Positions 37,508 through 47,746 of a stretch of 64,000 nucleotides of DNA are shown here, one piece after another. Every line of letters begins with the position of its first letter. Position 1 is the stretch's first letter. The notes under the pieces were generated by a model. It saw only the letters and a program-made list of their open reading frames with translations, did not search any database and was not told where the DNA came from. Source of the DNA: Planctomycetota bacterium (GTDB taxonomy: Bacteria; Planctomycetota; B15-G4); contig CBDFJQ010000002.1 of assembly GCA_965248575.1 (NCBI GenBank), positions 2,208,001 to 2,272,000 on the forward strand. The letters run 5' to 3'. The position numbers and the translations under genes are program-made.

Positions 37508-39469
37508 CTAAGGAGCCGTCGCCCTCTCCCCATTCGACAACGTGATCCCCGCCAGCACCGACACGTCCTGCACCAGGAACTGCAGTGTCAGCTCCGTGCC
37601 CGCGGGGACGCCCGGCGGCCAGAGCCCACCCTCGCTGAAGCTGCCGGCGCCGTCACTCACGCGCAGGAACTGCAGGTCATAGGGCGTGGCGTGCAGCGTG
37701 CCGCCGAACACGGCGATGGGCGTCGGGTCGAAGGCCAACCAGGCGAGCATCAAAACACTGGGCGGCGCGTTCGTGAGGTCGATCTGGAAGGCCGTCCCGG
37801 GGACCAGCGTGCCGGTGGCGTTGAGCGTCGGCAGTCCACCGACGCCAGGCGAGCCGCCGCCGAGGTTCGTCCAGTCGCCCGGCTCGGGGACACCTACCGT
37901 GAGCGAGAGCGTCGTCAGGTCGTGGGGACCGGCCCAGCCGATGCCCGCCGTGAACGAGAGCATCGAACCCGGCGTCGCCGCGGGGTCGATGGTCATGAGC
38001 AGCGGCGCGCCGGTGTTGTCGGCAGAGCTGAAAGGCGCCACGACACCGAGTGCTGAGACGCCGCTCGTCACCACCAGCTGCGCGTCACCGGAGACCAGCG
38101 TCGCGCTCGCGACCGCGGAGCCACGTCCGCTGTTGCGCGCGTCGACGATCACGCCGACGACCTCGCCCGGCTCGTGGTCGCCGTCTCCGTCGCCGAGGTC
38201 GACGAGCGTCACGCCCTGGTTCCGCACGTAGGGTCCCGCGGCCAGCGCCGTCGTCTGGAAGCCCCCGAACACGCTGGTCGCCAGCGGGATCAGCGCCCCG
38301 ATGGGCGGCCAGAAACCCTGCTGCGAGCTGCCGATCTCCGGCGTCCACGAGAAGGTGTCGTGCGGGCCGTAGTCCTGGTCGATGGTGACGCCGTTGCTCG
38401 GGTAGAGCAGCCCGTACCACGGGTCGTAGGGAAAGCCGCTCACCACCGTGGCCAGCGCGCCGATCTCCTGCAGGGCCGCGTGGTCGGAAGGCAGCGAGGG
38501 GGTGAAGGCCCAAGGCGCCAACCAGTAGTTGGAGTAGGAGTGGCACGAGAGCGCCGTACGGAAGCTGCGCGCCGTGAAGAAGGCCACCATCGCGGCGATC
38601 TCCGGCTCGCTCGCCGGCCCCGTACCGCGATAGGTGCCCGAACCGGGCGACGGACTCGAACCCACATTGTCGAAGCCCCAACGGAACGGGTAATTGCGGT
38701 TGAGGTCGACGCCGAAACTGCCGCCCCCATTGTCGCGCCGGTTCTTGCGCCACATGCCGCCGCCGTTCGGGTTGGTGGTCTGGTTGTAGACGTAGCCGTC
38801 GGGGTTCACCACCGGCACGAACCACGTCTCGCGCTCGTCCACCAGGTAGGTGGCCAGCGGGTCGGTGCCGTAGCCCTCCAACAGCCACACCATGTAGTAG
38901 AGCGTTGACTCCATGCTCATCGGTTCACGCGCATGGTGCAGCGCGTCGAAGCGAACCTCCGGTTCGTTCTCGTCCGTGCCTGGGTTGTCGCTGATCTTCA
39001 CCGCCCACAGGTCGCGGCCTTCGATGGACGTCCCGAGGCTGACGCGCGCCGTCATGATCTGCGGATACGCCGCCGACAACTGGTCCAGGATGGCCACGAC
39101 CTCGAGATAGGTGTGGTAGCCGCCCATGCCGCCCTGCCCGAAGCCGGGCGCGATGGACCCGCCCACCGCGCCCAAGGGCTGCTGCGATGGCACGAGCCGC
39201 TCGGCGTAGTGCGTCTCGAGATCCGCGATGGTGACGGTGTACGACACGCTACTTGCGTCGAGGATCGCGAGCTCGCGATCCTGCGCAACCAGCTCGACGC
39301 CGCTGCCATCCGGCGTCGGGCCGACGAGGTCGAGATCAAGGCCCGCGAGCGCCGCAGCCGATGGGCCGGCGGTGTGCACCACGACGAGCCGATACGGATC
39401 CGGCGCATCCTGCGGCGCGGGGAGAGCGGATGCGGACAGCAAGGCAACGGCGAGGAGGAATGTCGTCAT
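37508..39469 (-). CDS. M14 zinc carboxypeptidase (carboxypeptidase T-like) with conserved C-terminal domain (type A, 37508-37873)
   Basis: HARE, VNPDGY, WRKNRR, GVDLNRNY, SEPE, HSYS, TPEIG. Confidence 0.92.
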   Translation of the reverse strand: MTTFLLAVALLSASALPAPQDAPDPYRLVVVHTAGPSAAALAGLDLDLVGPTPDGSGVELVAQDRELAILDASSVSYTVTIADLETHYAERLVPSQQPLGAVGGSIAPGFGQGGMGGYHTYLEVVAILDQLSAAYPQIMTARVSLGTSIEGRDLWAVKISDNPGTDENEPEVRFDALHHAREPMSMESTLYYMVWLLEGYGTDPLATYLVDERETWFVPVVNPDGYVYNQTTNPNGGGMWRKNRRDNGGGSFGVDLNRNYPFRWGFDNVGSSPSPGSGTYRGTGPASEPEIAAMVAFFTARSFRTALSCHSYSNYWLAPWAFTPSLPSDHAALQEIGALATVVSGFPYDPWYGLLYPSNGVTIDQDYGPHDTFSWTPEIGSSQQGFWPPIGALIPLATSVFGGFQTTALAAGPYVRNQGVTLVDLGDGDGDHEPGEVVGVIVDARNSGRGSAVASATLVSGDAQLVVTSGVSALGVVAPFSSADNTGAPLLMTIDPAATPGSMLSFTAGIGWAGPHDLTTLSLTVGVPEPGDWTNLGGGSPGVGGLPTLNATGTLVPGTAFQIDLTNAPPSVLMLAWLAFDPTPIAVFGGTLHATPYDLQFLRVSDGAGSFSEGGLWPPGVPAGTELTLQFLVQDVSVLAGITLSNGERATAP

Positions 39470-39602
39470 GCGCCCGATCATGGCACAGGTCGTGGAGGTC
39501 GGTGGCGAGACATCAGCGCCACGCCCGCAACCCCGGACACGGCCGCTGATTGGATCGGAGGCACCATGGCCGCCCCGCTGCACCGGGAAATCCGCATCCT
39601 GC

Positions 39603-39790
39603 TCGCTTCACATCGTGCTTCAGGACAGCGAGCTGGTGGCGGAACGAAGGCTCTCGACGACCAGGTGTTGGCGCGTTCGAAGCGAGGCCTGCTGAAGACC
39701 CGCAAGAAAACCGGCGCCGTGGCGCAGAAACCCTGCGCCGAGCGCTTGGATCGAGACACAGGAGGCGAGTGCGCGACGAGTACCAACGGC
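39603..39790 (-). pseudogene. Decayed DDE transposase N-terminal remnant
   Basis: Minus strand LRTRQHLVVESL, frameshift, then RHQLAVLKHDVKR; similar to the remnant at ~17.0 kb. Confidence 0.55.
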
Positions 39791-40168
39791 GCTCTCTGGC
39801 TGAGTGGGGATGGCTTCTCGCTTTCCCCTGCGGCGCTGGTTACTGCTTGCCCGAAGGGCTGTACTCAACGTGCCCTCGGAGTGCTCCATGGTGAACCACC
39901 TGCCGCGGTGCAGGCTGCCCCCCCCTGACCGTCGCGTTCCAGGATGCCTCGTCGGGTCTCGGCGCCATGAGCACCTGGCCATGGGACTTCGGCGACGGCT
40001 CGCGCTCGTCGCAGCGTGCCTCAGCCCACCAAGAATTCTTGATCACTTCAGATTTGCGTGCATCGAGTCGCCCCCTGCCGACACACACGCTCGTAGCCCG
40101 AGGTTCCCATTCATACAGGGAGTGGGAACACTTTGTGCCTGCCCGAATCCCTCTCACGGAGTCCCACC

Positions 40169-41395
40169 ATGAGTGCAGCACTCGTCCTCCTCGTGCTTTG
40201 CACGACGGTCCAAGCCGACGTCCTTTTTCTTGCCGAGAGCGGTGGGACCCACTCGGACATCCAGCAGGCCATCGACGACGCCTCCGACGGCGACATCCTG
40301 GTCCTGGCCGAGGACTTTGTCGTCGACCTGATCCCAATTATCAATCCACCCGTGACGATCAGTGGCAAGGGCCTGACCATCGTCGGCAAGGGCGGCACCC
40401 AGTACCCCACAATGCCACCCCTGCTGGTCACAGATCTTCCCGCCGGCAGTTCCATCGTCCTGCGACACCTCTTCTTTGACCAAGTGGCCGGCCCACCCGG
40501 TGACGCCCTCCTGTCCATCCGCGACTGCGCCGGCACCGTGATCGTTGAGGAATGCCTGATCGGCGACCCTGCCGTCGCCGGCACGTACCCGGATTTTCCC
40601 ACGATACGCGTTGATGGCTCAGCCAATGTCTCCGTCGCGCGCTCACAGATTCTTGGTGGCAATGGACCCTACGACCTGTTCGGGTTCTCGCCCATGCAGG
40701 ACGGTGAGAACGGAGTCAAGGTGACCGACTCACGGCTCACGCTGAACAGCGTGTTCATCCGCGGCGGCTTTGGTGGCAGTGATCTGTTTACGACGAACCC
40801 GGAGCCAGGAGGCGATGGCGCCCACGGCCTGTCCATCAGCAACTCGGAGGTCTGGCTGATCGGCTCCACGGTCTTGGGCGGCAGTTTTGGCACGGGATCC
40901 CAGGACGGCCTCTCCGCCGCGGCCCTGCATCTCGACGGAGCCAGCACGATCCTGCGCGAGTTGGACAGTGAGTACATCGGAGGCACTGGTGCCATCGACA
41001 TTGACGTTCACGCCGGAACCCAGATCAGGTGGCTCGGTGAAGCTGTCACGCTCAAGGTCTCCAAGATGCGCGTCCCCGGTCAGACCGGCAAGGTCGAAGT
41101 GGACGGCCCCGCCCACACCCTGTTCGGGGCCTTCATCAGCTTCAGCCCGGGTTTCCTGCCAGTCCAGAATCTCCACGGCGTCCTGACGCTTGGTCTATCG
41201 ACACTCAGTGGCCCGATCTTCATCGCGACGATCCCGCCCACCGGCCACTTCGAGTTGGACTTCCCCGTCCAGGCCATCGGCGGCCTCGAGGGCTTCCTCA
41301 TGCTGGCCCAGGTGATCAGCGATCAAGGTCCAGCGGGCCTGGTGCTGAGCAACGCGAGCACCTACGTCCAGGTCGAGGTCCCCGTCCCCTTCTGA
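40169..41395 (+). CDS. Secreted beta-helix-like protein with divergent C-terminal SN domain
   Basis: Signal peptide, DIQQAIDDASDGDILVL, Gly-rich GGxG/GGDG turns; ends LAQVISD…LVLSN; GGAG RBS. Confidence 0.7.
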   Translation: MSAALVLLVLCTTVQADVLFLAESGGTHSDIQQAIDDASDGDILVLAEDFVVDLIPIINPPVTISGKGLTIVGKGGTQYPTMPPLLVTDLPAGSSIVLRHLFFDQVAGPPGDALLSIRDCAGTVIVEECLIGDPAVAGTYPDFPTIRVDGSANVSVARSQILGGNGPYDLFGFSPMQDGENGVKVTDSRLTLNSVFIRGGFGGSDLFTTNPEPGGDGAHGLSISNSEVWLIGSTVLGGSFGTGSQDGLSAAALHLDGASTILRELDSEYIGGTGAIDIDVHAGTQIRWLGEAVTLKVSKMRVPGQTGKVEVDGPAHTLFGAFISFSPGFLPVQNLHGVLTLGLSTLSGPIFIATIPPTGHFELDFPVQAIGGLEGFLMLAQVISDQGPAGLVLSNASTYVQVEVPVPF

Positions 41396-41448
41396 CTTGA
41401 TGCGCATGGGGTGAACCGCGAGCAGCAGCGGGAGCCACACCGCCCCGC

Positions 41449-42774
41449 TCAGGCGATCACTCCCGGGAAGTTGACCGTGTGCCCCGGGAAGACCGTCGCC
41501 AGGTCGACGTTGTCGAGTCGCTTGCCCAGGATCTCACCCAGGACGTCGCGGTAGTCGGTGGTCAAGGCCAGGTCACCGTTGTCGAGGTTCACGTCGGCCA
41601 GACCGGGCCAGGTGCCGTGGACCTGTCCGCCGAGGACGCTGCCACCCATCAGCATCATCAGGCCGCCATGGCCGTGATCCGTTCCGAGGCTTGCGTTCTC
41701 CGCCACGCGCCTGCCGAACTCGGAGTGCGCGGCCACGACCACGCTGTCCATGCCGAGACCCATGTCGCTGTCGAAAGCGGCCAGGGACCTCGACAGATCA
41801 TCGAGCAGGTCCGCGAGGTCACCGGACAGGGGGCCTTCATTGGAATGGTGATCGAATCCATTCATCTCCAGCATGAGCACCTCCACGCCCAGGTCGGCCT
41901 TGATGAGCGCGGCGCACTGGGCGAGCCCCACCCCGAGGTCGGTGCCCGGGTAGGTCGCCCCACCGGCTGGCGAGTAGCCGGCGAAGTCGATCGTCGCCAG
42001 CAGGTCGATCGTGCCCAGCGTGTTCACGGCCGCTGTACCGAGCGGCGCCGGTAGTCCGTCGTACATCGACTCCAAAGTGGCGCGGCGTGCGGGGGCGCTG
42101 GTCGGGTCGCCAGGGAATTCGTAGGCAGAGAGATCTGGGATGGGCAGCGTGCGCGGTGCCCCCGTCAGACCTACTGGCAGGACCTCCTGCACGGAGAGGC
42201 AGCGCACGGGCGCGGCGCTCACAGCTGGTGTGGTCATGAAGTGGCGTGCCATCCAGCCCTCGTTGACTGCGCTGAGCGCCTGGCCAGGGATGCCCAATTC
42301 CATCTTCTGGAAGGCGTCGAAGTGCGAGCGGCTCGGGTCGGGCGAGCCCGCGGCGTGCACGAAGGCCAGCCGCCCCGCGTTGTACGGAGCCAGAAGCGGT
42401 GCAGCGACCGGGTTGAGTCCGAAGAATCCGTCGAGATCGAGGGCTCCGTCGACGAAGCCCGGCGCGGCGATCGCCAGGTTCGGCCTGGCCGCATACAGAT
42501 CGCCGTCTCCGTAGGGCACCACCACGGACAGTCCGTCAATGCCTCCACGCAAGAGGATGTAGACCAGCACGTCGCGCCCCGAACCCGGTGTCCCACCAGC
42601 CATCGCGACGCGTGGCATCCACGCCGGGCCGGCGAGTGACGCGGCTGCGGTGAGAGTCGCGTTGCGGAGAAAGCGCCGTCGACTCCAGCCCAGGTACTCG
42701 TCACAGCCGCCTGATGTGCGATCGCTGCTGCCCGTCGCGGCGCGTGTTCCCGGATCCGGTCTCTTTGTCGTCAT
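41449..42774 (-). CDS. DUF1501 family protein with Tat signal
   Basis: SRRRFL, LRGGIDGLS, SRSHF, GFDHH, SEFGRR, GTDHGHG, DYRDV. Confidence 0.9.
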   Translation of the reverse strand: MTTKRPDPGTRAATGSSDRTSGGCDEYLGWSRRRFLRNATLTAAASLAGPAWMPRVAMAGGTPGSGRDVLVYILLRGGIDGLSVVVPYGDGDLYAARPNLAIAAPGFVDGALDLDGFFGLNPVAAPLLAPYNAGRLAFVHAAGSPDPSRSHFDAFQKMELGIPGQALSAVNEGWMARHFMTTPAVSAAPVRCLSVQEVLPVGLTGAPRTLPIPDLSAYEFPGDPTSAPARRATLESMYDGLPAPLGTAAVNTLGTIDLLATIDFAGYSPAGGATYPGTDLGVGLAQCAALIKADLGVEVLMLEMNGFDHHSNEGPLSGDLADLLDDLSRSLAAFDSDMGLGMDSVVVAAHSEFGRRVAENASLGTDHGHGGLMMLMGGSVLGGQVHGTWPGLADVNLDNGDLALTTDYRDVLGEILGKRLDNVDLATVFPGHTVNFPGVIA

Positions 42775-42787
42775 GCGAGCGCTCCGA

Positions 42788-44239
42788 TCAAGACCACTGG
42801 TAGCTGGGACAACTCGCCGCCAGTGCGATGAGTTCGGCCACCTGCGGCCAGTTGATGATGGGCATTCCGGCGGCGTGGACGTCGAGTGCCGCGCGGTCGG
42901 CGGCCGACAGCCCACCCCCTGTCAACAACTGGGAGAGCGCGCTGCCCCAGCCCAGCGCCTGCGTGCTGGACAGCGACTCCAGGATCGATGAGGGGTCGAT
43001 GCTCGCAGCCGTGCAGGTGCCATCCAGCAGACGGCTCGCCAGCGACCAGCGCGGCTGCAGCCCCGAACCCCAGGCCACCAGCGTGTCGGGGTAGCCGTCG
43101 GGCGTGGGCCAGTCGAACGGTGACTGCCCCATCACGCGCAACTCCCCCACCAGCGCCGGCTGCAACTCGTAGTCAGCCACCGGAGAAAGTGTCGCGCCCA
43201 GGGCCCGGAACAGCCCGGCCACAAAATGCTCGGGACGCTTGAGCTTGGGATTCTTTCCCGGGCGCATGTCCTGGAAGGCCTGCGGCCCGAGGACCACGCG
43301 CAGCATGGATTTGATGTCACCATTGGTGGAGACGTAGACGTTCGCCACCGAGGTCACCAAGTCCTCTGACGGCTGGTAGACACCGAACCAGCGCAGCAAC
43401 TTGCGTCCCAGGAAGCGCCCAGTGGACGGGTGCTGAAGCAGCATCGTGATGAGTTGGTCGCCGTCGACCATGCCCTGGCCCGGCGGAAAGACCTGCCCGA
43501 GCACGACCTTCTGTCCGTCGTCATGGGTCGCGGCATCGAAGCCGAACACACCGAAAGTGGGTGTCTGCCAGGCGGAGTTGAAAGTCCAGCCGGTGAGGCA
43601 GCGTGCGGCCTCCTTCACGTCGTCCTCGCCGTAGCCGCCACCAACACCGAGCGTGTGCAACTCCATCAACTCGCGCGCGTAATTCTCCTGCGGTCCGCTG
43701 AGCGTGTTGGTGTTGTTGTCGAGGTACTGGAGCATGGCCGCGCTCTGCGCCGACGCGCGCAACATGTCGTGGAAGGACCCGAAGGCGTGCGCTCGGATCA
43801 CCGTCCGGTCGTCCGTCAACTTGTGCATCCGGACGCCACCGTCCTTGTGGAAGATGCTCAGGTGATCGGTGAAGAAGGCCACCGTGCGTTCGAAGAGCTG
43901 GCGCCGGCTGGTGATGCCACGAATGAGCGCCGACTGCTTGAGCTGGAACATCGGAGTTGCAACGTGCGCCCCTGTGTAGCCCGCATCGATCATCTGCGCG
44001 GACGTCATCGGCAGTGTATCGAGGGGTGCTAGCAATGCGTCGGTGGCGGAGTCGTCGATGGACAGGTGGTCGAGGTGGTACTCCACGTAACCCACATGCC
44101 CCAGTGCCTGGGCCCGCTGCCACTCCTCCTGCGAGAAACCGTTGGTCACTCGATTGACCAGGGATCGCAGGGTCTTGAAATTGCTGGGGGGCTGCCCGGG
44201 ACTGAGTCCTGCCCGCGGGATTCCGATCGTGCTACCCAT
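42788..44239 (-). CDS. DUF1800 family protein
   Basis: QLFER…FFTDH, MLQYLDN, ENYARELMELHTLG, AARCLTGW, HDDGQK, PTPDGY. Confidence 0.92.
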   Translation of the reverse strand: MGSTIGIPRAGLSPGQPPSNFKTLRSLVNRVTNGFSQEEWQRAQALGHVGYVEYHLDHLSIDDSATDALLAPLDTLPMTSAQMIDAGYTGAHVATPMFQLKQSALIRGITSRRQLFERTVAFFTDHLSIFHKDGGVRMHKLTDDRTVIRAHAFGSFHDMLRASAQSAAMLQYLDNNTNTLSGPQENYARELMELHTLGVGGGYGEDDVKEAARCLTGWTFNSAWQTPTFGVFGFDAATHDDGQKVVLGQVFPPGQGMVDGDQLITMLLQHPSTGRFLGRKLLRWFGVYQPSEDLVTSVANVYVSTNGDIKSMLRVVLGPQAFQDMRPGKNPKLKRPEHFVAGLFRALGATLSPVADYELQPALVGELRVMGQSPFDWPTPDGYPDTLVAWGSGLQPRWSLASRLLDGTCTAASIDPSSILESLSSTQALGWGSALSQLLTGGGLSAADRAALDVHAAGMPIINWPQVAELIALAASCPSYQWS

Positions 44240-44482
44240 GGATTCTCCTTCCACCCATCCACGAGTTTCGTGGACCGGACCCGAGCATAGACCAATTGCA
44301 ACTGGGCGTGAGAACACAAGCGAAACGAGGCTCAGCCTGACGATGGGACACGACGCCGTCAGCAGCGGCGGACGAACCCAAGACGCTTCACCGATGCGCC
44401 GCGCACTCTCCATCGCTCGCGCACGCTTCATCACCTAACCTCCGACGAAATCGCCTTCCCGATCCCGTTCGCGAGCTTCCGC

Positions 44483-46204
44483 ATGTTTACCTCCACCGTC
44501 GTTCTGGCTGCGTCGCTCATCGTCGGCAACGCCGACCCCGTCCGGTCCATCGCCGATGACTACCTCGCCGGATACGCCCGGATGGAGTCCTACGCGTCGC
44601 GGCTCTACGGCATCGACACCGACCCAGGTCAGCTCATCGGTGAAAACTCGCCCGAGGCCATCGCCGCGTGGACCGGGCAACAGCAAGAGCTGCTCGCGCG
44701 CCTCGACGCCATCGATCCAGACGCCTTGCCCACCGCGCATCGTCGGCTCTACTCGGACGTGCGCGGGAAGCTCGAGGCGGCTCTCGCCCTGCGGGTGTGC
44801 CGGCCCGAGCTCTGGCCGATCAACCATCTGGCCGGCTGGCACTTGAACCTGCCCGGCACCATGGCTGAAGCGTTGCAAGATCACGCTGCACCAGCGGATG
44901 CTTCGTTTCTCGACAGCTGGGCCGAGCAGTTGGTGGCGTTCCTCGACCAGGAGGAGCGCAACCTGCGCACCGGATTGGAAGAGGGCTTCAGTTCGCCTCG
45001 CAGCGTGGTGCTTCAGGTCGCCGCTCAGTACGACGAATTCGCGCAGCCGGACAGCAGCCTGCTGGGCATCAACTCCAGCTTGTCGTCAGATGCCGCAGCG
45101 CACTGGAACGAGCTGTTCCGCTCGACCCTCGCGCCCCGCTTCGGCGAGTACGCCGCATTCCTGCGGGACGACTACGCACCGCAAGCGCGTGAGAGCCGTT
45201 CCCTGTCGGCACTTCCCAGCGGCCTCGCCGGCTACGAGGCCTACGTACTGCACCACACTGGCGCGCGCATCGATCCCGCCGAGCTCGCTGTCCAGGCGCA
45301 GCAGCTGGTGGACGAGGCGCTCGCCAAGTTCACGTCCCTCGGCGCGAGCCTCTACGACACGCCAGACTACGCCTCCACCTTGGCTGCCGTTCGCGCCGAC
45401 TACGGACAGGCCATCCGCAGCCCCGAGCGCGCGCGAGAGTACGCCCAGTCCAGCGTGGACCGCCTGCTGAAACTGAGCCGCCCGTACTTCCACGAGCTAC
45501 CTGAGAACAGCGTCACGGTGGAGCTCTATCCCGAGAGCGAATGGGGCAGCGGCTCCGAGGCGAGCTACCGCCCTGACTTCAGCCAGGGCTACCACGGCAG
45601 GTACTTCCTCAATCCGCAGACGTTGAGCGGGGTGATCCCGCGAGCCATCGAGTCGACGGCCAGCCACGAGACGGCACCGGGTCACCACATTCAGGCGATC
45701 GTCGCGCGGCACGCACGGGACGGCGCCGATGAACCGACCCATCCCATCCTGACGCTGGGCATGAACAACGCGTTCGTCGAGGGGTGGGCGCGCTACGCCG
45801 AGCGGCTCGCTATCGAGGAGGGCCTGCTCGAGCACGCTGGTGCCGCGCTCGGATTCTGGCAGGGCTACGGCATGCCACTGCTGATCGACGTCAGCCTGCA
45901 CTCCGGCGCGCTCACCGAGGACGAGGTCATCGACAAGATCCTCGCGCTGAGCGGTGTTGATCGAAGCATGGTCGACCCCGCGGCGCTCGAGCCGATGCTC
46001 GACCGATTCGCGATGATGCCTGCGCAGGGCATCACCTACGACCTCGGCGGCGACTTCATCTACCAGTTGCGGGAGCGAGCCAAAGAGGCGCTCGGCGAGG
46101 ACTTCGACATCCGCACGTTCCACCGGCTCGTTCTTGAGGAGGGCTCGGTGACGTTGGCGAGGCTCGCAGAGAAGGTCGAGGCGTGGATTCAGGGCGAGTC
46201 GTAG
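44483..46204 (+). CDS. DUF885 family protein
   Basis: HETAPGHHIQ, AFVEGWARYAE, PAQGITY, FDIRTFH. Confidence 0.9.
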   Translation: MFTSTVVLAASLIVGNADPVRSIADDYLAGYARMESYASRLYGIDTDPGQLIGENSPEAIAAWTGQQQELLARLDAIDPDALPTAHRRLYSDVRGKLEAALALRVCRPELWPINHLAGWHLNLPGTMAEALQDHAAPADASFLDSWAEQLVAFLDQEERNLRTGLEEGFSSPRSVVLQVAAQYDEFAQPDSSLLGINSSLSSDAAAHWNELFRSTLAPRFGEYAAFLRDDYAPQARESRSLSALPSGLAGYEAYVLHHTGARIDPAELAVQAQQLVDEALAKFTSLGASLYDTPDYASTLAAVRADYGQAIRSPERAREYAQSSVDRLLKLSRPYFHELPENSVTVELYPESEWGSGSEASYRPDFSQGYHGRYFLNPQTLSGVIPRAIESTASHETAPGHHIQAIVARHARDGADEPTHPILTLGMNNAFVEGWARYAERLAIEEGLLEHAGAALGFWQGYGMPLLIDVSLHSGALTEDEVIDKILALSGVDRSMVDPAALEPMLDRFAMMPAQGITYDLGGDFIYQLRERAKEALGEDFDIRTFHRLVLEEGSVTLARLAEKVEAWIQGES

Positions 46205-46290
46205 GGAGGCCTGTGGGTCCTGTCTTGTTCAACCAGTACGTGGACAGTCCGGAGCGCTGACCGAGGGCTTGCACCACAGGACCTGACTGT

Positions 46291-47298
46291 TTACGAGGTG
46301 GTCGCGAGCAGTCCGTTCGAGAGCGTGATCCCCGCGGGCACCGAGCCGTCCTGCACGAGGAATTGGAACCAGACCTGCGTGCCGGGAGACAGGCCCAATG
46401 GCCAGGTCGTCGAGCCCGAAAAATCACCGGACCCGTCCGCGAGGAAGAAGAGCTGGTTCGCGGTGGGATGCGCGTGGATCGTGCCGCCGAGTGCCGAGAA
46501 GGGCGTGGGAGCGAAGGAAATCCACGCGAGCAGCAACGCGTTCGACGGCGCGTTCGCCAGGTCGACGGAAGCGCTGGTCCCGCCGACGAGCGTCCCCGTC
46601 CCGGAGAGGGTGGGCTGCCCGTTGATGCCCGTCGTGCCTCCACCGAGGTCCGTCCACGTGTCGTAGGCCGCCCCGTACTGCAAGTGGTCGACCTCGACGC
46701 CACCAGGGATTGAATGTGTCATCGTGATGGCCGAGATGCCACCCGAGGAGATCACTCCGAAGAAGCGGTCTTCAGCCGTCTGCCCGAAGAAGCTGGTATC
46801 CGCGAACCCACCCGAGGGACCCACCATGCCCAGGGACGCCCCGCCAGGACCGAACGCTTCGAGTGTCACGGTCACCCCGACGGTGCCATCCGTCCAGACG
46901 AGACCGGCATGCGTGGGCAGCGTGCCGAGGGCACCGGCATCGAAGTTGAAGGTGAGCGAAGCGGGGTTGCCCTGGGTGTAGAGGTCATCCCCGTTGAGCC
47001 CGCTGCCGTCGATCACTCCGTCGTCTTCGTCCACGGAGTCGTGGCCCGTGGGATCAATGAGACTGACGGCACTACAAAACGCGACATCGCTGCAGGTCAA
47101 ACTCACGCCGGGCGTGTTGAGCAGCGCGTCTTCGAAGTCCTCGAGATGGAAGTACTGGAAGGTCGAGCCGGCGAACGGGCTGTCGCCGGCAAAGCTGAGG
47201 TACGGGGTAGGCCCCAGGAAGGTCTGCGCAGGCGTGGGCGCGGCCAGGGCGTACGCCACGAGCACCCCGCACGTGAGTGTGATATTAAAGTTCCGCAT
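46291..47298 (-). CDS. Secreted hypothetical protein with conserved C-terminal domain (type A, 46291-46656)
   Basis: Signal peptide; N-domain with SVDEDDGVIDGSG and EVDHLQYG; WTDLGGG…WFQFLVQD…ITLSNGLLATTS. Confidence 0.8.
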   Translation of the reverse strand: MRNFNITLTCGVLVAYALAAPTPAQTFLGPTPYLSFAGDSPFAGSTFQYFHLEDFEDALLNTPGVSLTCSDVAFCSAVSLIDPTGHDSVDEDDGVIDGSGLNGDDLYTQGNPASLTFNFDAGALGTLPTHAGLVWTDGTVGVTVTLEAFGPGGASLGMVGPSGGFADTSFFGQTAEDRFFGVISSGGISAITMTHSIPGGVEVDHLQYGAAYDTWTDLGGGTTGINGQPTLSGTGTLVGGTSASVDLANAPSNALLLAWISFAPTPFSALGGTIHAHPTANQLFFLADGSGDFSGSTTWPLGLSPGTQVWFQFLVQDGSVPAGITLSNGLLATTS

Positions 47299-47746
47299 GG
47301 CTCATCCTCCACCAAGTACTCGACCAGGGTTCGACGATCAGTGCACCGCCCGACCGGCCGTCGGCCATCCCGGATCCTGATGCGAAACCCTGGTGGTGGT
47401 CAGACGAGACGCGTCGGACGCTCAAAGCATCCTAGACCCGCGAGCGAAATCCCGACAGCAGTCGCCGAGCGCGAATTGCCCAGCGAGGAGAAATAAGGGG
47501 AGATCGGGGGGGGGCATCTGACGCACAAATGACCCCGTGCAAAATGTCGGAGGTCACTCCAAGCGGGACTCGCTCCCTCCACCGTGCGCCAACGCCGCGC
47601 TTGCAGGAAGCCCAGGAGAGCCGGAGCTGCTGACATCGGCGGTCGTAGTGGGGTGGGTCTGGTCAGAATGCACTGGCCGCGCTACGGTGCCCTGAGTGGA
47701 TGCTGGCGCAGCCTTTTTGGGGAGCCACGGGGAGAGGAGAGAGTGA

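Noticed and set aside
41449..44239. DUF1800-DUF1501 pair as a new system
   Set aside because: Widespread, already recognised gene pair, although its function is unknown.
46219..46252. Possible 34-bp relic of the CCCGTCCTGTCC inverted ends
   Set aside because: Too many mismatches to distinguish from chance.
47506..47514. G9 run as a phase-variation switch
   Set aside because: Intergenic with no identifiable promoter context.
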